Of a stretch of DNA of 39,626 bases, positions 35,206 through 39,626 are shown one piece after another. Within the stretch, counting starts at the first letter, position 1; every line of letters starts with the position of its first letter. The position numbers were made by a program, and so were the translations under genes. The notes below the pieces were generated by a model. The model had not been told where the DNA came from and ran no database searches. It saw only the letters and a program-made list of their open reading frames with translations. The DNA is taken from positions 1-39,626 of the IMG/VR virus record IMGVR_UViG_3300032884_000025; one strand, given 5' to 3'. The stretch is from a virus (Duplodnaviria; Caudoviricetes).

Positions 35206-35765
35206 AGCTTCATTGTTATTTGGTGATCGTACATACGATATAGTTTTTGTCCATCTACGGTAAACTCATATTCACTATCAGGAGTAAAACAAACAAAGTC
35301 ATCTTTCTTTATGCCTTGACTTAACAGATATTCATTTGGATAAACCATTTGCCCCATTAGAGGTTCTTCTGAAAAAGGTTTTTTAATATAAGACTCAGTT
35401 GTAGGAATTGGTTTAACAAAACAATATCTATCGTAGGCATGCCAAGTAGTACCTTTTTTATACATAAAGAATTGTTCGGTTTCTATAAAGAATAAGTCAT
35501 CTCTAAAAAAGCTCTTTCCGCTTCTTTGACGACCTCTAACATCATTATAATACTTAAATGCATTATGATGCACAAGAAGAGTGTCTCCTATAGATATAGG
35601 ACCATTATAGCCAACGGGTAATTCGATAACTTCTGCAAATCTATTAGAAAACTTATGGTCTTCTTCAGAGGTACTAACTATAAATTCAATACCTCCTATA
35701 TTCCTTGTGTTATCGTATCTTTTCCCATTTATAGGCTTTGCTATAAAGTAGAATGGTGATTTCAT
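35202..35765 (-). CDS. GroES-like (co-chaperonin fold) protein, apparently two tandem domains
   Basis: AEVIELP...ISIGDTLLVHHN and DRYCFVKP...GIKKDDFVCF...YEFTVDGQKLYRM resemble GroES strands. Confidence 0.6.
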   Translation of the reverse strand: MKSPFYFIAKPINGKRYDNTRNIGGIEFIVSTSEEDHKFSNRFAEVIELPVGYNGPISIGDTLLVHHNAFKYYNDVRGRQRSGKSFFRDDLFFIETEQFFMYKKGTTWHAYDRYCFVKPIPTTESYIKKPFSEEPLMGQMVYPNEYLLSQGIKKDDFVCFTPDSEYEFTVDGQKLYRMYDHQITMKL

Positions 35766-35992
35766 TAAAAATCTATATTAAATTCGATTGAAATTGGAAC
35801 CGTAAAGGTAAACTCTTTCCACAAGACTACCTCATCTTTTTTGTTAATTATATATATTAATATTGATTTTGCGTCAGTATTGTATTTAATTAAGTGAATT
35901 TCATTAGAATCACCAAGTATTTTTTGACCCACTAAGTAATGCATAGCACCACTTTTGTAATCAGGTCCGATTGATATTTTTCTTATATCCAT
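35765..35992 (-). CDS. Conserved hypothetical protein
   Basis: 75 aa, MDIRKISIGPDYKSGAMHY; its stop overlaps the next start. Confidence 0.65.
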   Translation of the reverse strand: MDIRKISIGPDYKSGAMHYLVGQKILGDSNEIHLIKYNTDAKSILIYIINKKDEVVLWKEFTFTVPISIEFNIDF

Positions 35993-36027
35993 TTGATTAA
36001 ATTATATAAAATTTTTATTTTTAATGT

Positions 36028-36354
36028 TTAATTATTAAAAGGCAATTGTGGAGTTACTTCTGTTGGATTTTCTTGTAAAAGTAAATCATTATCAAGTCTA
36101 TCTTTTATTTCATCTAATTCTGAATTTAAAATAGTTTCAAGCCATTCAACAACTTGTTCCTTTGTTAAATCATTGTAAGCTGTAAAATTATCATCGCTAG
36201 GCAACGGCATTGCGGTTGAGGAATAAGTCTCAGCTGTAAATTTATCATTTGAAGCACTTAATCTCCAATGCACTACATTTACTACATTTTCAAGCGTTCC
36301 CTCTTTAACTTTGCAATCTAATGCGCTAATTGTCCAATTGTAATTTGTTTCCAT
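36028..36354 (-). CDS. Small tail-fibre-associated protein (possible fibre chaperone)
   Basis: YNWTI..LD...NVV..VHW...FTAYNDLTKEQV.EW...LPF, typical of small genes following fibre genes. Confidence 0.6.
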   Translation of the reverse strand: METNYNWTISALDCKVKEGTLENVVNVVHWRLSASNDKFTAETYSSTAMPLPSDDNFTAYNDLTKEQVVEWLETILNSELDEIKDRLDNDLLLQENPTEVTPQLPFNN

Positions 36355-36376
36355 TTTGTTTTTGTTTATTAATTAT

Positions 36377-38653
36377 TTATATTACTACTTTAACGACTCC
36401 CGAAGTGTGATAAAAAGCTCCTACAGTTAAACCACCCGCAATAGCTAGAGCGTTTGTTGCATATTCTACCAATCCTACTACTTGAAGTTTTGATGTTGGA
36501 CTTGTAGTTCCAATACCTACATTACCGCCACCTTTAAATGTAACATTTCTGTTAAAAGATGCACTATTACCATAACCAAATGATATATCATCGCTGCTTG
36601 TATTTGTAAATATTTGAAATAAACTTGCTTGTATTCCAAATCCATATCCTAATCCACTTCCGGCATCGTAAAGAGCTATTTTATTTCCTAATCCTGTTCC
36701 TAATGAAAGCGGAAATCCGGGAGAAGTAGTTCCAATACCTACATTACCGCTTGAAGCAACTCGCATTCTTTCACTTCCATCATTAGTTGTAAAAGTAACA
36801 AATCCGCCTGTTGTACCGACGCCTCTGTGAAATCTAATAGCTGAGTTTCTAGTAGTAATATAATCTAACCCTAATTCTCCTATAACAGAACCGTCAGCAT
36901 TTGTAGAGACGTCTTGTCTAGTATTAAATCTAAAATTACCGTCTTGACCTCTTCCAAGAATGGTTGTCTGTACGGTTCCTGATGTAACAACGTCAAGTTT
37001 AGTTTGTGGATTATCTTGCCCTATACCTACATTACCATTAGCAGCAATCCAAATTCTATTTTGATCGTTTGTTCTAAACGCTAATGGAAAGTTTTGATAA
37101 TTTCCAAAATGCGAATATTGTCCGGCTATATTCCAACCAAGTACAGTATCATTTTTAAATACGCCTGTTTCTAACATACGAAATGTTGTATTGTATGCAG
37201 TAACAGACGCGTCGTTACTTACTGCTAATTGTCCCGCAGTTGAATCAGTATTATTTATAGAAACTTTTCCGTTGGAGTTAATTCGCATTCTTTCAAGTGA
37301 ATTTGTTCTGAACGCCATTGGAAAAACACTATTTGTTTCTATACCCGGCACCCCTGTAGCAAATTGTGGATTAATAATTATTGAAGCCCCACCTACTGCA
37401 GTATCTGTTAATGTAAGCCTACCTGCATTACCAACTCCAAAAAGTAAAACGTCTCCATTTACATTTAATTTAGCTGAAGTCGAAGTAGTTCCAATGCCTA
37501 ATCTATTATTGGTATCATCCCAAAAGAAATTAGCATTATCTTGTGCAATTGTAGTTCCATTAGAGAATAAAACTGATCCACTTGTAAAAGATGGCAGTGT
37601 AAACTTATTATTTAATTGTGTTTGAATAGAAGACGTAACTCCTTTAACATAGCTTAACTCAGTAAGAGAAGGATATGTTGCAGTTGTTAAACTGCCTAAT
37701 GTATTTACACCGCTCCAATATGTAAGCTGATTTGCAACTCCTGTTCCAACTGACGTAATATAGGTATTAGTATCTAATGCAAATGTACCTGCCGCAGTCA
37801 TTTTAACAAATGATGTAGAAGCGTAGGTTAGCCCACTTAATGATGTTAAGTTTGTTGCTAATGGTTGTTTTCCGTTAAAGGTAGTCCAATCGGTTGAACT
37901 TAAATATCCATCTTGAATTGAACTTGATTGTAATATTGATAAAGTTCTATTTGCGGTTAAATCACCTCCTCCTTGTAATGGAGACGTTGTTGATATTGTT
38001 CTTGCGTTTGTTACGGGTGTAAATCCTAACCAACTCGCAATTGTTTTATTAACCCATAGTGTTCCGTTGTATCCTAATACATCTCCATTTATTGGAACTG
38101 TTGTTATAATATCTACATCGTGGATTTCTTTTAATTCAAAACCGTTCTGTACTGTTATAAATATCTCACCATTGTTAGAGTTAACTCTTGTAACTACCCC
38201 GATGAAAACTAAATGCGCCGGAGCATAAGGTTTATTTGTTAACCCATAAATAAGGTTTCCATTTGTGCCTAACCAAACAGCATCACCTACTACAGATCCA
38301 ATTGTATTTAATCCCGCTAACCTACCTATCTGTACAACGTCTGCAAATCCATTAATAGCAACAGTTGCGTTAAGTAGTCCTAATGTTTTTGACGAGGTTG
38401 CCTCCGTTGCATTAGAAGCTAAACCTACGATTATATTTGTTCCATCAGCTCCTGTTACATATACAGCCTGCCCTTTGTTTATAGCGACACCTGCCTTAAC
38501 TTGATTTTGAACATCGTTAGCAACAGTTCCTATTGTAGGTGTTACCCAACTAACATTACCGCCGGTTGACGACAGTACTTGCCCTGATGTTCCATTAGCA
38601 CCTGAAGAATCCTTCAGACCCGCTTGGACCTCTATATCGCTTTTAAATTTCAT
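36377..38653 (-). CDS. Tail fibre protein
   Basis: T/G/S/N-rich; repeated ERMR...GNVGIGTTSP units, FFWDDTNNRLGIGT, GYLSSTDWTTFNGKQ and ELSYVKGVTSSIQTQLN fibre modules. Confidence 0.85.
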   Translation of the reverse strand: MKFKSDIEVQAGLKDSSGANGTSGQVLSSTGGNVSWVTPTIGTVANDVQNQVKAGVAINKGQAVYVTGADGTNIIVGLASNATEATSSKTLGLLNATVAINGFADVVQIGRLAGLNTIGSVVGDAVWLGTNGNLIYGLTNKPYAPAHLVFIGVVTRVNSNNGEIFITVQNGFELKEIHDVDIITTVPINGDVLGYNGTLWVNKTIASWLGFTPVTNARTISTTSPLQGGGDLTANRTLSILQSSSIQDGYLSSTDWTTFNGKQPLATNLTSLSGLTYASTSFVKMTAAGTFALDTNTYITSVGTGVANQLTYWSGVNTLGSLTTATYPSLTELSYVKGVTSSIQTQLNNKFTLPSFTSGSVLFSNGTTIAQDNANFFWDDTNNRLGIGTTSTSAKLNVNGDVLLFGVGNAGRLTLTDTAVGGASIIINPQFATGVPGIETNSVFPMAFRTNSLERMRINSNGKVSINNTDSTAGQLAVSNDASVTAYNTTFRMLETGVFKNDTVLGWNIAGQYSHFGNYQNFPLAFRTNDQNRIWIAANGNVGIGQDNPQTKLDVVTSGTVQTTILGRGQDGNFRFNTRQDVSTNADGSVIGELGLDYITTRNSAIRFHRGVGTTGGFVTFTTNDGSERMRVASSGNVGIGTTSPGFPLSLGTGLGNKIALYDAGSGLGYGFGIQASLFQIFTNTSSDDISFGYGNSASFNRNVTFKGGGNVGIGTTSPTSKLQVVGLVEYATNALAIAGGLTVGAFYHTSGVVKVVI

Positions 38654-38663
38654 ATATTAGATT

Positions 38664-39626
38664 TTATTTTTGAACCACTACCCTAATAGGGTTTGTTGGT
38701 GTTGCAGAGAATGTTATTGTAGCCGTATTAGTTGTAGTTCTTACATTGTCAGAATATACAGTCTCATAAGTTACAGTATCGTATAACTGTATTATTACAT
38801 CTCTTGTTCCTAAATTATGTGTAATTGTTCCGGTTGCACTAATTGTTGTAGAAAAAGCGGTTGCTTGAGCACTTACAGTAGCTGTACCGGATGCATATAC
38901 TACATCAATACCTGTTCCTGCGTTTACATTACCAATACCCACCTGAGTTAAACTAGCTAAATCAATATTGTTCTGAACCGTAGTCCAATCTGCTAATGTA
39001 GTCGGTGTGTCAATTTCTGCAATTAATACATCACCAACTCTAACTTGCTCTGTAAAGAATATACCATCTGCCGTAACTGTATAAGTCCAACCTCTTTTGA
39101 TACCTGTAATTGTAGGTGGCGAATCCAAGTTGGGAGTATTTGTTGCTGCGTTATATCCACCTTGGTATATTAAACCACCGGCAACAGACGCATCCACATA
39201 AGCTTTAACAGCTGCGCTCGTTGGTAATGTTACATCGTTATCATTATTGACTATTCCTTCTGCTGCAGTAACTACCGCAACCGGATCCATCATAGAAAAT
39301 TCAACTGCTCCTGATGCAATTGTAGTTGCTATTGAAGTTGTTCCTGACCCTGTAACGTCTCCTGTTAATGTTATTGTTGCATTGGTAGAGTTTATTGTTA
39401 ATGTATTCCCTACTAATGCCGTAGTTACATTTGTTCCTCCTGCGAATGTTATGTTTGTTCCTGAAGCTACTGTTGTTGGTCCACCCGTTCCTCCTTGTAT
39501 TGACCATACATAGGTCCCCGGTATTGCAGCAACAGGAGACCACGTATTATCTCCTCTTAAATAGTTTAAAGAACTTGGTGTTCCTGTAGCACTAAGATCA
39601 GCCGTTAAAGTAGCCGCTCCTCCTTG
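38664..39626 (-). CDS. Tail fibre-like structural protein, 5' truncated by the window edge
   Basis: The frame stays open from 39626 (QGGAATLTADLSATGTP...YLRGDNTW...ITLTGDVTGSGT) into the track ORF at 39293; contains LPTSAAVKAYVD and YQGGYNAATNTP modules. Confidence 0.8.
   Translation of the reverse strand, partial: QGGAATLTADLSATGTPSSLNYLRGDNTWSPVAAIPGTYVWSIQGGTGGPTTVASGTNITFAGGTNVTTALVGNTLTINSTNATITLTGDVTGSGTTSIATTIASGAVEFSMMDPVAVVTAAEGIVNNDNDVTLPTSAAVKAYVDASVAGGLIYQGGYNAATNTPNLDSPPTITGIKRGWTYTVTADGIFFTEQVRVGDVLIAEIDTPTTLADWTTVQNNIDLASLTQVGIGNVNAGTGIDVVYASGTATVSAQATAFSTTISATGTITHNLGTRDVIIQLYDTVTYETVYSDNVRTTTNTATITFSATPTNPIRVVVQK

Noticed and set aside
36480-37510. Recurrent GTAGTTCCAATACCTACATTACC-like repeats
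   Set aside because: They encode the ordinary GNVGIGTT fibre repeat with irregular in-frame spacing; not a CRISPR array or DGR template/variable pair.
8267-39513. Plus-strand track ORFs opposite the virion genes (8267, 8640, 9990, 12399, 13637, 15106, 15935, 17473, 23148, 24167, 25421, 27173, 27845, 34259, 37191, 38265, 39247)
   Set aside because: Antisense shadows of long, well-supported minus-strand genes; S/L/F/I-rich, mostly non-ATG starts, no motifs.
39301-39543. 80-aa alternative-frame ORF (R/N/C-rich)
   Set aside because: Off-frame reading of the Thr/Gly-rich fibre gene that continues to the window edge.
1-39626. Stop-codon reassignment as in some crAss-like phages
   Set aside because: Genes are long and intact under the standard code; TAA, TGA and TAG all act as stops at coupled junctions.

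Overview
The window is about 40 kb of an AT-rich tailed dsDNA phage genome, most likely a podovirus-type phage of a Bacteroidota (flavobacterial-type) host. Evidence: BT4734/VirE_N-type primase, TAnnTTTG promoter boxes, and A-rich leaders without Shine-Dalgarno. Two blocks converge at 7490-7493. The + strand (1-7493) is a replication/accessory block: primase-helicase (5' truncated), many small ORFs, SF2/SNF2-like helicase, HNH-like protein, VRR-NUC, DnaA domain IV-like protein and a PD-(D/E)XK-like nuclease. The - strand (39626-7490) is a virion block: tail fibre genes, GroES-like protein, 2OG-Fe(II) oxygenase, intein-containing terminase, portal, scaffold, major capsid, neck/ring proteins, a split tail nozzle with a Fib_succ_major lectin-like gene inside it, a GNAT-like protein and three putative ejection proteins. 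The most unusual signal is hidden coding inside the 6 kb ejection-protein gene: an A10 slippery run leading into a protein-like -1 frame (67-aa product ending YGITFGRWFIGYAETY) and two nested +1-frame small ORFs, one starting MPFKSKQQ. Other notable points are a DGR-variable-region-like codon signature with no RT or template in view, and apparent avoidance of CCAG/CTGG. I saw no tRNA, rRNA, CRISPR array or integrase. All calls come from motif recognition by eye; no database searches were run.
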